From a virus, in the IMG/VR virus record IMGVR_UViG_3300045988_108212, positions 64,001-128,000 of that record: a DNA stretch of 64,000 bases. One strand, 5' to 3'. The notes under the pieces are model-generated. The model made no database searches. It was given only the letters and a program-made list of their open reading frames with translations, and was not told the origin of the DNA. Numbering within the stretch: position 1 is the first letter of the stretch; the number at the start of each line of letters is the position of its first letter. This document shows, one piece after another, positions 8,677 through 19,302 of the stretch. The position numbers were made by a program, and so were the translations under genes.

Positions 8677-9315
8677 TTACTTCACTACATATATTTTTCT
8701 GTGCTGTTGCACATTTATTGTTTCGGAATGTGTTGATTTGAACACGTCTACATGCATTCCTTTTACTTTGCCTCCGCAATCTTCTGCCACAAAGATTGTG
8801 TCACCGTATCCCTCAATCTTAACTCTTGTTCCATAAGGGATAATGTTTTTATCAACCGCAATCGTATGATATGGTCGAGCAAATTTATGCCCTGCATGAT
8901 TCCAAGCAATCTTAGATCCATATCCTTCAGAACATTCATAACATGGACAATATGCCGTGATCAAAAATGTTCCAAGTGAACTCTTTTCAAGTTCTCGCTT
9001 TCGCTTCAGCCGCTGTCGTTTAATTCGCAATCGTTTCTTTCGAAGTTTTTCTAATCGAATCTGTCTTGCTTGCTCTTCATCAGCTTTCTTACATTTCTGA
9101 TAATGCTCATGAACATCTTTTAATGCAACGCTTTGGCTGATTGGATTGTCTGAAATCACATTGCCTTGCTTATTTTCTGCAACAGTTGTCTCTGTTGATA
9201 AGGTTGAAGCCTCTACCGAGGGTCGCTCCTCTGCTTTAACCGTGTGAGTCATAAAGCCCGAACACATTGCTAAAAAACTAAACGAGACAACTTTCATTAA
9301 AAATCTTTTTCTCAT
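8677..9315 (-). CDS. secreted 3D-domain protein (MltA/RlpA-like barrel)
   Basis: Signal peptide MRKRFLMKVVSFSFLAMC, a basic coiled segment, then GTFLITAYCPCYECSEGYG..TIAVD..IPYGTRV..FVAEDCGG, typical of 3D domains. The start is set to 9315 because the track's 9339 lies at the predicted transcription start site (TSS). Confidence 0.7.
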   Translation of the reverse strand: MRKRFLMKVVSFSFLAMCSGFMTHTVKAEERPSVEASTLSTETTVAENKQGNVISDNPISQSVALKDVHEHYQKCKKADEEQARQIRLEKLRKKRLRIKRQRLKRKRELEKSSLGTFLITAYCPCYECSEGYGSKIAWNHAGHKFARPYHTIAVDKNIIPYGTRVKIEGYGDTIFVAEDCGGKVKGMHVDVFKSTHSETINVQQHRKIYVVK

Positions 9316-9345
9316 TTTCACATTTCCTTTCCTTAGCATATTGGT

Positions 9346-9383
9346 ATCTTATCATACTTCTTGCACCCTGTCAATAGGTGCAA
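9346..9383 (-). promoter_or_regulatory. sigma70-type promoter with overlapping palindromic operator (cassette copy 1)
   Basis: Minus strand: TTGACA (9374..9369), 17 nt spacer, TAAGAT (9351..9346). The inverted repeat TTGCACC (9361..9367) / GGTGCAA (9377..9383) brackets the -35. It is nearly identical to 42194..42250. Confidence 0.5.
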
Positions 9384-9392
9384 AGAATAAAG

Positions 9393-11666
9393 TTAATTTT
9401 TTAGGCTTAACCAAGTGCGCCTCTTATTATGATTTGTCATAATACATCTCTTAAACGCTTCTGGCTCTGCAAGGAGTGCAAATCTTTTCTTAGCTCGTGT
9501 CAACATTGTATATAACATACAGTTATCAAGCAATTTGTAATGTGTATTGTCAATAATACCGATCACAGTTTGCGCAGCTGATCCTTGAAGTTTATGCGTG
9601 GTTAATGCATATGCTAATTGCAGTTGTCCTAACTGAGCGAAAGAATATTCAATCAGCTTTTCTTCAATATTTGCATTCATAGACACCAAACATATTTCTT
9701 TTTCTTTGTCAATCTCTGTAATGTATCCAATATCACCATTGAATACATCTCGCTCGTAATCATTTGAAGTCTGTAATACCTTATCTCCTAAATAGTATTT
9801 ACGATCTTTGAATTCAACAAATGGTTTGTTACTACTAGCAAATAATTCTTTCTGTACTGCTTTGTTCAATTCATCTGTGCTGTTCGTACAATTACTTCTT
9901 CGTGGAGAAATAATCACAACATTGTCAAGCCCTTCCTCTTTGACAGATTTGATATACTGCTTTACTGCCATATTGAACAATGATTCTCTATTCTTCCTGA
10001 ACAAATAAAACATATCATTTAGTTCACCATGAACAATTTTTAATTGTGGGCTATCCAATGGATTAATCCCTCTGCGAATCTTTCTTGCATCCGTTAAAAT
10101 ACCAGATTTTTCTGCTTGTCTCATCGGTTTGGTAAGCTGTACACTATTTAAACCTTTCTTTTTCAACAGATCCGAGAAAATATTACCAAATCCAATCGGT
10201 GGCAACTGCATATAGTCACCACAAAAAATTAATCGTGTTCCTGGTCGAATTGCCAATAAAAAATTATAGAAAAGGCTCGCATTTGTCATGCTACTTTCAT
10301 CCATGATTACTACATCAGCAGGTAATGGGTTATCTTGGTTATAACAAAAACTATCAATACCTTCTGCTACAAGTAACCTATGAATAGTCCGTGAGTCTAA
10401 GCCTGTTGCTTCTTTAATTCTTTGGGCTGCTTTTGCAGATAAAGCACACGCAACAATGCTATTATTTCTTTTTTGGTAGCATTTAATAATTGGTTTCAGA
10501 ATTGTTGTTTTACCAGTTCCAGCTTCTCCAGAAATAAACACAACTTGGCAATTTAATGCTTTGTTAACTCCTGTAATTTGTTCTTCTGAAAACATAAACC
10601 CTTCTTCATCTTCAACTTCAGAAATCGTCTGACTAATCTCACTATCTGTTATTGGTTCGTAATCTGTTGTATTTCCAAATGAATATTTCTCCATATCTTT
10701 AATAAATTCGTAAATATCCATTTCAATTTTATAATACGATTTCAGACCAATTTTATCTCCAGATGTATATAAATAATTTGGTAATTTTTTATCTGATTCT
10801 TCATCAAACCATTCGTCAAATATAGGTAAGCATTCAGACGCTGCATTACTAATATTGCTTCTTAAATTTTTGATATACACATATGTATGTCCATCATTAT
10901 CACCAACTTGATGCAAGTCGTAAGAAATAAATGCGTTTAACCGTTGATTTGAGCATCGCAATTCTGGTTTTAATTTGAGCGCAATATCATCAACTCGTTT
11001 AAAGCCCATGCCCTTTACCCTAGTTAGTATATATGGATTTTGTTCAATCTGTTTTTTTAAAACACTTGGATTAGGTTCGGATTTCAATAATCTTTCAATC
11101 GTTGGTAACGTAACCCCATATGGTTGCAACATTACAACAATATCAGAAATCACATAGTTTTTAATAATTTTATCTCTAAGCTTCTTCCAAGTTTTATCTC
11201 CTAGTCCTTTGATTTCTGAATGGTCAATCATCTCTAACTGACCATTCATTACATCTTCAACAACATTAGGATATTTCGCAATTAACTGATCTGCGATCAC
11301 TGCGTTCGTCTGTGTTTTTAAAAATACCTTTTGTGCTTCAAAAGTTTTAGGAACTTCAGCAACTATAGAAAGTGGTTTATATTGGTATTCATTGTATTTC
11401 TTAGAATATGTCATATTGGCTTTAACCTTATATTTCGTTCCTAAATACAACTCCTGCATATTACCAACCAATTTGCCACATTTATTCATTTTTTTATCGG
11501 ATAAGTCATCAAAATCATTATTATTATATGGTTTACATTCTGGTAAATCTTCTGCTGTACAGAATGTGTAAATCCCAAATAAAGATTCTTCATTATAATA
11601 AATCTGATATAATGGGACAATCTCAAACTCATATTCTTTTGTACTATCCACCACTTTAGGCGACAA
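9393..11666 (-). CDS. RecD2-like ATP-dependent DNA helicase
   Basis: Walker A GEAGTGKTT, Walker B VIMDESSM, C-terminal ALTTHKLQGS. 757 aa with a TTG start (uncertain). Confidence 0.85.
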   Translation of the reverse strand: MSPKVVDSTKEYEFEIVPLYQIYYNEESLFGIYTFCTAEDLPECKPYNNNDFDDLSDKKMNKCGKLVGNMQELYLGTKYKVKANMTYSKKYNEYQYKPLSIVAEVPKTFEAQKVFLKTQTNAVIADQLIAKYPNVVEDVMNGQLEMIDHSEIKGLGDKTWKKLRDKIIKNYVISDIVVMLQPYGVTLPTIERLLKSEPNPSVLKKQIEQNPYILTRVKGMGFKRVDDIALKLKPELRCSNQRLNAFISYDLHQVGDNDGHTYVYIKNLRSNISNAASECLPIFDEWFDEESDKKLPNYLYTSGDKIGLKSYYKIEMDIYEFIKDMEKYSFGNTTDYEPITDSEISQTISEVEDEEGFMFSEEQITGVNKALNCQVVFISGEAGTGKTTILKPIIKCYQKRNNSIVACALSAKAAQRIKEATGLDSRTIHRLLVAEGIDSFCYNQDNPLPADVVIMDESSMTNASLFYNFLLAIRPGTRLIFCGDYMQLPPIGFGNIFSDLLKKKGLNSVQLTKPMRQAEKSGILTDARKIRRGINPLDSPQLKIVHGELNDMFYLFRKNRESLFNMAVKQYIKSVKEEGLDNVVIISPRRSNCTNSTDELNKAVQKELFASSNKPFVEFKDRKYYLGDKVLQTSNDYERDVFNGDIGYITEIDKEKEICLVSMNANIEEKLIEYSFAQLGQLQLAYALTTHKLQGSAAQTVIGIIDNTHYKLLDNCMLYTMLTRAKKRFALLAEPEAFKRCIMTNHNKRRTWLSLKN

Positions 11667-14600
11667 CCCCCTTCACTTTCTTAATATCTTCTAGCCATTG
11701 TTTATATGGTTTAATTTTCTTTGCGATAACCTTCTCTTCTGAATCTTTTCTGCATAACATCGCAATCTGATTTCCTTTGGTAATCATATCTTCATATTCT
11801 TTTAATTGCGAATGCCAGACGATTGCCTCAGTCAATCCAAAACTAGAATATAAATTCACATACGCAAATGTCTTTTTATTTTTGTCTTTCTTTTTATCAA
11901 CTTTAGCGATCACTGCAACCACAGTACAATCATCTCCATTTTCAACATCTTGAAATTGTTTTGACATATACTTGTATGCCTGATCAAATGGGTTATCGTT
12001 GATAAAGATTTGCAATGCTTCAAATTCCCAAAAATCTTCATTCTCAAGATATTTTTGATTCTGTGCGATAAATTTCTGAAATCGTTCTTTTTCCTTATCT
12101 TTGTACAATTCATACTTTTTATCGTTATAAACTTTCAATATTGCATCTTTGTCGTAATCATATTTCTTCTCACCTATACGGTAATCTTCAGCGTCAATAT
12201 CCCATTTAATAAGTAATTGTTTGTAACTCGGTGCTTTTGCAACTGGCTTGAATGTTGTTGGCTGATACATAGATTTCAAATACTGAATTAAAGTTTTACG
12301 CTTATTCTTTGTTGGAATTGCACCTGCTTTGATCAACTGAATAACCTGTGATTTACTTGGATTAATACGTTCGCAAAAGTTTTCAAATCCTATGAATTTA
12401 CCATTTTTATCACGGTCTTCAAGAATTACCTTTGCAATTTTTTCTCCAATGCCACTGATAGCCGATAATCCAAACAATATATACACATCGTCAATACTGA
12501 AATTCATCATTGATTTGTTTAAGTTTGGTGGTAACACTTGAATCTTAAACGCCTTAGCATCAAGAATATATTTATTTACCATTCCTGCCTTATCTTTATT
12601 GCGATTCAATAATGCCTTAAAAAAACACAACGCATAATGTTTCTTTAAAAACGCTGTTTGTAAGCATAATACAGCGTAGGAGTACGCATGACTTTTGTTG
12701 AATAAGTATCCCCCTTTTTGGGATAATGTCTCGCTAATCTGTTTTGCAATTTCTTCGGGGTATCCATTCTCAATAATCTCGTAATAAAGCTTTTTAGATT
12801 CAGACTTTACAAGTTCAATATTCTTCTTACCAATCGCCTTACGGAATAAGTCAGCTCCTCCATAACTTCGACCACCAAATTTACGAACAATATCAAGTAA
12901 TTGCTCCTGATAAATCATACATCCATACGTTTCCTTTAAGATTGGCTCCATATCTGGATGGATATATGCAATTTTCTCTGGATGATGTTTATACTCAATG
13001 AATTCTTCTAAAACATCCATTGCATCTGGTCTATACAGTGCTAATACAGCTGCCAACTCTTCCATGTTTGAGACTTGTAACCTAACCAGCAAATCCTTCA
13101 TACCAGCACTTTCGACCTGGAAAACACCATTCGTCATTGCACTACGCAATAATTCATATGATCCTTTATCCATTTCAAACTTTGGATTGTTAATATTTAC
13201 ATCAAACTCAGTTAACCCTGCGTCAATTTCGGCTTCTTTTACAGTGTTCAATGTAGCAACACCCAAAATATCAAATTTAATAATCCCAATCTCTTCAACG
13301 ATACGTTTATCTACTTGGATGACGTGTTCTCCATCAGTTCCAAGTTTCATTGCCATATAATCGCTAATATCTGTATCTACAATTCCAACACCACCTGCAT
13401 GAGAAGATACTGTTTTTACTCTACCTGCAAGATGAGATGCAACGTCAAAAAGCTCTTCATATCTTGGATTCTCTGCTAAATCTCTGTTATTCCATAAAGA
13501 TTCTTCAATCGTGTCATATACAAATTTTTTACTTAGTTTGTCCATCTCGTGATAATTGAACCCTAAAACCTTGCCAACATCTTTGATTGCCACAATTGGA
13601 GTAATAAAACTGAAATTGATAATCTGGCATACTCTGTTTTCGCCATACTTATCGATCAAATATTGGATAATCTCATCTCGTGTACCAACATCTGTATCTG
13701 TATCTGGCATTGAAATTCGTTCTGGATTTAAAAATCTTTCAAAAATCAGTCCATATTTGATAGGATCTAAGTCTGTAATTGTAATCGTGTAACACACCAA
13801 ACTACCTGCACAACTACCTCGACCAGCACCAATTGGAATACCATTTTCTCTTGCAAAATTGATAAAATCCCAAACAATCAAGAAGTATCCATCGAATCCC
13901 ATTGAATGAATAATATCTAACTCATAATCAATTCTTTCTTTTCTGAGTTTCTGCTCATCTTCTGGTAATTTATCGAATCCTCGTTTTACCCACCCTGTAT
14001 CAATCAGATACTTTAAATAAGAATAATTATCTTCAAATCCTTCTGGTAATGGGAAAGATGGTAACTGAGGTGCCTGAAATGGCATGTGAATTTCATCAAT
14101 TAAATCTGCAATCCTATCAGTTTCTTCAAGTCCTTTAGTTACTGCGTCTTCTCCAATTTGGTTATCCATAATTGCATGAATTTCATCGTCAGATTGTAAA
14201 TAACATCCTTCATAAATTTCTGCTGCGGTTTCAGTATCGTGAGCAAGCTTTACATGCCAGTTCTGATAATACAGATCTTCTTTTCTAGCAGCGTGACTAT
14301 CAGTTGTGATAATGTATGGTGTATTAGTGTCTACTGAAAGCTGTAAGATTTTCTGATTATATACCATTTGATCCTGATGTGAATGTGACTGCATTTCTAA
14401 ATAAAAATGTGGAAAAATCTCTTTGTATTCACGAACATATTTAACACATTTCTGATAATCTGGCTCTCTGGCAAGTTTAGATGCTAAACAAGCACTACTC
14501 ACAACCAGATCCTTAGCATATGGTTTCAACGCATTCAGATCAATTCGTGGCTTATAGTAAAATCCATGAAAATTTGAATCAGTTACCAATTGATTAATTG

Positions 14601-14889
14601 CTTTTCTACCATTCTCATTCTTTGCTAATACAATTAAATGGAAATATTTGCTATCCTTATTCTGTTCTGTCATATCAAAGCATTCATAAAATTCAACTCC
14701 AAAAATCAATTTAACACTTGGATATTTCTCATGAAGCTTATCATAATAGCACCAACTATACTCATTGCCATGTTCTGTGATAGCCAGGGCTTTTAGTCCT
14801 ATCTCTTCTGCTCTTTGTAAGTTTTCTTCAGGTAATGCATATCCATCTAACAATGAATAATGCGAATGTGTATGTAATGAACTGCTCAC
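11656..14889 (-). CDS. dnaE: DNA polymerase III alpha subunit
   Basis: 1077 aa with an N-terminal PHP domain (LHTHSHYSLLDG). It is colinear with DnaE through the palm, fingers and HhH. GTG start 6 nt after GAGGTGA. Confidence 0.93.
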   Translation of the reverse strand: MSSSLHTHSHYSLLDGYALPEENLQRAEEIGLKALAITEHGNEYSWCYYDKLHEKYPSVKLIFGVEFYECFDMTEQNKDSKYFHLIVLAKNENGRKAINQLVTDSNFHGFYYKPRIDLNALKPYAKDLVVSSACLASKLAREPDYQKCVKYVREYKEIFPHFYLEMQSHSHQDQMVYNQKILQLSVDTNTPYIITTDSHAARKEDLYYQNWHVKLAHDTETAAEIYEGCYLQSDDEIHAIMDNQIGEDAVTKGLEETDRIADLIDEIHMPFQAPQLPSFPLPEGFEDNYSYLKYLIDTGWVKRGFDKLPEDEQKLRKERIDYELDIIHSMGFDGYFLIVWDFINFARENGIPIGAGRGSCAGSLVCYTITITDLDPIKYGLIFERFLNPERISMPDTDTDVGTRDEIIQYLIDKYGENRVCQIINFSFITPIVAIKDVGKVLGFNYHEMDKLSKKFVYDTIEESLWNNRDLAENPRYEELFDVASHLAGRVKTVSSHAGGVGIVDTDISDYMAMKLGTDGEHVIQVDKRIVEEIGIIKFDILGVATLNTVKEAEIDAGLTEFDVNINNPKFEMDKGSYELLRSAMTNGVFQVESAGMKDLLVRLQVSNMEELAAVLALYRPDAMDVLEEFIEYKHHPEKIAYIHPDMEPILKETYGCMIYQEQLLDIVRKFGGRSYGGADLFRKAIGKKNIELVKSESKKLYYEIIENGYPEEIAKQISETLSQKGGYLFNKSHAYSYAVLCLQTAFLKKHYALCFFKALLNRNKDKAGMVNKYILDAKAFKIQVLPPNLNKSMMNFSIDDVYILFGLSAISGIGEKIAKVILEDRDKNGKFIGFENFCERINPSKSQVIQLIKAGAIPTKNKRKTLIQYLKSMYQPTTFKPVAKAPSYKQLLIKWDIDAEDYRIGEKKYDYDKDAILKVYNDKKYELYKDKEKERFQKFIAQNQKYLENEDFWEFEALQIFINDNPFDQAYKYMSKQFQDVENGDDCTVVAVIAKVDKKKDKNKKTFAYVNLYSSFGLTEAIVWHSQLKEYEDMITKGNQIAMLCRKDSEEKVIAKKIKPYKQWLEDIKKVKGVVA

Positions 14890-14900
14890 TAACTTTCACC

Positions 14901-16649
14901 TCAATCCCAAATATCTTCGTCTAATTCTTCATCTGTTGTGATGCTCAGAACATTAATATCATCAACCGCAATTTGATATTGTCTAATTCCGTTAAAGATA
15001 TTAGTCTGTGCAGTTCCTACTAATTCAAATGTAACTGTGCCTTCGTCAGAAAAATCATTCATAATCCAATCATAAATCTTATTTTTTTCATTACATCTAA
15101 ACATCACGCATGGAATATCATTAATCTTGAATTGCATTGTATCCATTTTCTTACCAACAACATTAATTTCTTCCTTATTTAATGTGATATTCTCGACAGC
15201 AATCATCGGATCATCAATGCCCTGCCCGCGAATATCATCCAATTTAGACATTTCCTGTAGTAGTTCAAAATCTAATCTACAAGCATCTACAATGAAATCA
15301 ACTCTATAAGTTGAATCATATTTAATATCTTTCAGCTTGTCGTTTAATTCTGTGAGTGCTCCAGAGATATTATCTGTCGAACATCCAAATGCATTGGCGT
15401 GACCTTTTGCCCATAAAAATGAATTTGTTTCGGATATCACATCTTTCAAACTATCAATCGGGCTATGGTCTACATTTCTTGCACTACCACTCATTTCTAC
15501 TAATCCTGTTTCTGGATTAATATGTTTTCGTAATAACAAACATGGTCTGTTCATATCTTCAGCAATCTTAATAGCAACCAATCCTGTCAAACTGCTATCT
15601 AATGTTTCTGTAACATCAAGAATAGTAATCTTACTATCTTTATCTTTTTCTGCCTCTTTCATAATAATCGGAACCATCTTTTTCTTTTGACGATCCTGTT
15701 TGCCTTTAGCATTTTTGCATAATCGAGCGGCACGATCGTAAATATTCTCTTTGATTACTTCCGCAGGGTTGTTTTTTGTTGCTCTTTTCTTATAGTCAAA
15801 TACCTCATAGTCTTCAATAAATGCTCTAAAAACTAATTCTTTATCTTTCAAAGAACCAAATCGTACCATACCATTGATAATTGGAACGATATACCACTGA
15901 ACATTATGGATATTAACAATACTATGCATTGAATAATCTTGTGCCTGAATTAGTGCTTTAAAGCATTTATTCTGAATATTCTGAAGCCCTTTATCCACTA
16001 ATCGACGTGTCTCAAATGATCTCATATCCATGACATCACCGATATTCGCTAATGCACATAAATCTAAATAATCATCAGCATAATTGATCCATAATTCGTC
16101 ATCCATTGCTTGCAAAAATCTATAAACAACGCCTGCCCCACATAAGTCTTTGTTCTTATAGCGTGGACTGCACTGGTTATTTACAATTACAACTTCCTCT
16201 GGCATTTTAATTTCAGATTCTTCTTTTTCATGGTGATCAAGAATTACAATCTGTACGCCACGATTTACAAGTTCTGTACATTGTGCTACATCATTGGTGC
16301 CTGCATCTGGAATTATTAGAAGTTTCACGTCTTCAGGTATAGTAATATCTTCACTTAATCCATGAGCTTTTGCTTTTTTATGTAATAAGTAACAAATGTT
16401 ACTCTTACCATCATAAAGTTCATTATTAATGCGATTTAAGTACATATATGCCATCGAAGCCGAGCAAAATCCGTCTACGTCCTCGTCAATTAAAATACCG
16501 ATTTTATGTCCATTTTCAAGTGCAAAAATCGTTGTATTTACTGCATTTTTGATACCCTCTAAATCAGCATAATCTTGAATTACGCTATCATCGAGGTTCA
16601 AATACGTTTCATAATCATCAATCCCTCTATTTCTTAAAATTTCTGGCAC
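14901..16649 (-). CDS. RecJ-like DHH-family ssDNA exonuclease
   Basis: DHH motifs DEDVDG, IIPDAGT and ILDHH, plus DHHA1 GHANAFG. The GTG start has no adjacent SD (see finding on start codons). Confidence 0.8.
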   Translation of the reverse strand: MPEILRNRGIDDYETYLNLDDSVIQDYADLEGIKNAVNTTIFALENGHKIGILIDEDVDGFCSASMAYMYLNRINNELYDGKSNICYLLHKKAKAHGLSEDITIPEDVKLLIIPDAGTNDVAQCTELVNRGVQIVILDHHEKEESEIKMPEEVVIVNNQCSPRYKNKDLCGAGVVYRFLQAMDDELWINYADDYLDLCALANIGDVMDMRSFETRRLVDKGLQNIQNKCFKALIQAQDYSMHSIVNIHNVQWYIVPIINGMVRFGSLKDKELVFRAFIEDYEVFDYKKRATKNNPAEVIKENIYDRAARLCKNAKGKQDRQKKKMVPIIMKEAEKDKDSKITILDVTETLDSSLTGLVAIKIAEDMNRPCLLLRKHINPETGLVEMSGSARNVDHSPIDSLKDVISETNSFLWAKGHANAFGCSTDNISGALTELNDKLKDIKYDSTYRVDFIVDACRLDFELLQEMSKLDDIRGQGIDDPMIAVENITLNKEEINVVGKKMDTMQFKINDIPCVMFRCNEKNKIYDWIMNDFSDEGTVTFELVGTAQTNIFNGIRQYQIAVDDINVLSITTDEELDEDIWD

Positions 16650-16716
16650 AACATTAGAGGTATCATTTGTGCCACCTTCATATAATTTGTATTTTATATG
16701 TATAACCTGCCTGTTC

Positions 16717-17745
16717 TTATTTAAGTGTATACAAATAGTTATTTAACAATAGTTCCCATTTTTTAGGATCATCAGTAGGTGATTCTTTTTCATCAAGGAT
16801 TCCTTCTTTTGAGTTATCCATGATGTATGAAATCGGAACTCCATCAATAAAACGATCGCCAAGCTTTTGAATCTCTTCTAACTCAACATCTTTGTCAAAA
16901 ATAAATACTACTTCAACTCCGAGTCTTGTTAACATATCAATTTGCTGTCTTGAAACTTGCTTGCCGCCAGTTGCTACAACATTTTGATATCCATATGACC
17001 ATAGCTGCATGACAGCTTTTTCTGCTTCTGCAACATATACTCTTCCAACCCTTTCTATATAAGGTAGAGTTTTATTCAATCCGTATAAGATTCTTTGTCT
17101 AGCGCATGGCTCAATATATAAATATTTCAAATCATGTTTATCTAACTCTTTCTTGAACAATCGTCCTTTAACACCTACCAAATCACCAATTTCAGAAAAA
17201 ATAGGTATTGTAATTCTGTTTGTATCTTCGTCATAGCCAATATTAAATTCTTTCTGTGTTAAATAAGTAATATGATCTTCATAAAACAGATCATTAACAT
17301 AGTCCTTATAATAAGAAAGAATTCGTTTTGAAATTGGTTTGACTGGTTTATCTTCTTCGGTTTCTATATTTTCTTTCATATCATGAATCAATTGAGTGAT
17401 CTGCAAACTTTCTGGCAGTTGCTCATTAAAATCATGATAATAATCTATGCCGATCAAATTGGCTAGATATTTTAAACCGTCTGGGAAAGACAGACTTTTT
17501 GTAAAGCATACCAAGTCAATTAAATCTGTCTGTCTTTCTTTTGCTGTCATTTTTCTTGTATAATTTGTGCAATTTAGGTTTTCGTTGTTATATGTAATAA
17601 CTGCGGATTCATTATCCCCATCTTTATTTGCACAGCTCCAATATCCAGACGAATGATATTTAATATGATGACAGCCTATATCTTTCAGAATATTTTCTAC
17701 ATAATTATTGTCGTATATATATTCTTTTAGCTGTGCTACATCCAT
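16717..17745 (-). CDS. DNA primase (TOPRIM)
   Basis: TOPRIM Glu in YVAEAEKAVMQL and DxD in VVFIFDKD. It sits between the exonuclease and helicase genes. Confidence 0.75.
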   Translation of the reverse strand: MDVAQLKEYIYDNNYVENILKDIGCHHIKYHSSGYWSCANKDGDNESAVITYNNENLNCTNYTRKMTAKERQTDLIDLVCFTKSLSFPDGLKYLANLIGIDYYHDFNEQLPESLQITQLIHDMKENIETEEDKPVKPISKRILSYYKDYVNDLFYEDHITYLTQKEFNIGYDEDTNRITIPIFSEIGDLVGVKGRLFKKELDKHDLKYLYIEPCARQRILYGLNKTLPYIERVGRVYVAEAEKAVMQLWSYGYQNVVATGGKQVSRQQIDMLTRLGVEVVFIFDKDVELEEIQKLGDRFIDGVPISYIMDNSKEGILDEKESPTDDPKKWELLLNNYLYTLK

Positions 17746-17748
17746 AAC

Positions 17749-19302
17749 CTACGCTCCGTTTTTCTCTCGTTTTATGACATATCCTATTTCGTCCCAAGTA
17801 TTTAAATCCAAATTGATTTCAAAAATTGGAATAACATTTTTGTTACCGCCTCGGTTTTTATCAACCTTAATACAGAAATATGTCTTGTCCTTTTTTAGAT
17901 CGTGCGCCTGTGGCTCTCCCCAATCACTAATTGATATATACTGATATTTGTAATATTCGTCAGGATGTAATCTTTTACCAAGCATTAAGATATCAGCAAC
18001 GTGCTTAATCTGTTTTGCATTGGCAATATTATTACTACTTAGTTGGAATATATCTGTATACACTGTGTCATCTGTTAACTGGAATACAGAAAAACAAAAC
18101 ATATGGATCTCTTTCATAAGCTCTTTAATTTTTGTGGCTGTCTGTTTCACCGTTTGCCAATCATCAATACGATAACCTTTTAACGTGTCATAACCACAAT
18201 ATTTCACATCATATAACATACGATGTTTTCTAAATTCAAACTCTAATGCCGAATCTGAGTAATCAGAGCCAACATCTTTGAAATATAATTTTCCTTGACG
18301 TTTCTGATCTACCCATTTTGCAACTTGCATAACTTTTTGAAACTCATCTGACGTCGTAGCTACTCTATGTCTGTACTCCTCTTCTGTTTCAATAAAGTCG
18401 CCATTTTCATTTGTTTTTCTTTCAATCACATTGCCATTGTTGTCTCTGTAAATACCAAGAACTATTTCTTCTTCTGGCTTTTCAATATCAACCCCATGAA
18501 GCTCTTTAAAACATTTGTTGTTGATCACTGTAACGACTAAGCAATTTCGCAAATCGTCTTCATCCATTTCGTTACTGAGTAATAAAAATTTCTCATCCAT
18601 TGCCAATACGATATATGCGATCAACAACATCATATTTCTTGATTTTCCTTCATTACTTAAGAATCCATTAAAAATTACCTTTCCAAGTCGACACCCTCTG
18701 AACATCTTATTGAGAATCCCCCAAGGTAACGGAATCCCTAAATCTGGTTTTGATAAAAATGATTCAACCTGTGATTCAACACCACTATTCAATAAGACAG
18801 AATCTTCGCCTGCGCTAATAACAGTATTAATTTTGTCTGCCTGAGATCGAATCACTCTATAAATATCTTTTGCTTCCCATTTTTCAAATAACCTATGGTT
18901 TAAAATTCGTTGAACAGGATATCCATTTCTGTCATACTCTCTTACAAGAGAATATTTCTTAACGAGATTATAATATTTTTTAAAATCATCACAATCTGCA
19001 ACCTGCATCCATGATGAAATCGTCTTCCACCCTTTGTATCTTTTGTATGTCCTAAGTCTTTCATCTGATTGACTCATGAACATATTTACCTTATCCTCCT
19101 CAATCGTCTGAGTAAATGTTTTATACATAATCTCAAACATATCATAGAAGAATTTACATGCCTCATCGCTGAAATCATACTGACTTCTCATATATCCACC
19201 ATAAGAAACATATAAATCTGGCTGTTTATACAAAGCACCGATAAACATCATTTCACTCTGAATGTTAGTTACACTTTTACGTTCTACTGCTTCTTCTGTC
19301 AA
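17749..19302 (-). CDS. DnaB-like replicative helicase
   Basis: DnaB-like N-terminus (IQSEMMFIGALYKQPDLY) and P-loop-like GFLSNEGKS. 517 aa with a TTG start. Confidence 0.65.
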   Translation of the reverse strand: MTEEAVERKSVTNIQSEMMFIGALYKQPDLYVSYGGYMRSQYDFSDEACKFFYDMFEIMYKTFTQTIEEDKVNMFMSQSDERLRTYKRYKGWKTISSWMQVADCDDFKKYYNLVKKYSLVREYDRNGYPVQRILNHRLFEKWEAKDIYRVIRSQADKINTVISAGEDSVLLNSGVESQVESFLSKPDLGIPLPWGILNKMFRGCRLGKVIFNGFLSNEGKSRNMMLLIAYIVLAMDEKFLLLSNEMDEDDLRNCLVVTVINNKCFKELHGVDIEKPEEEIVLGIYRDNNGNVIERKTNENGDFIETEEEYRHRVATTSDEFQKVMQVAKWVDQKRQGKLYFKDVGSDYSDSALEFEFRKHRMLYDVKYCGYDTLKGYRIDDWQTVKQTATKIKELMKEIHMFCFSVFQLTDDTVYTDIFQLSSNNIANAKQIKHVADILMLGKRLHPDEYYKYQYISISDWGEPQAHDLKKDKTYFCIKVDKNRGGNKNVIPIFEINLDLNTWDEIGYVIKREKNGA

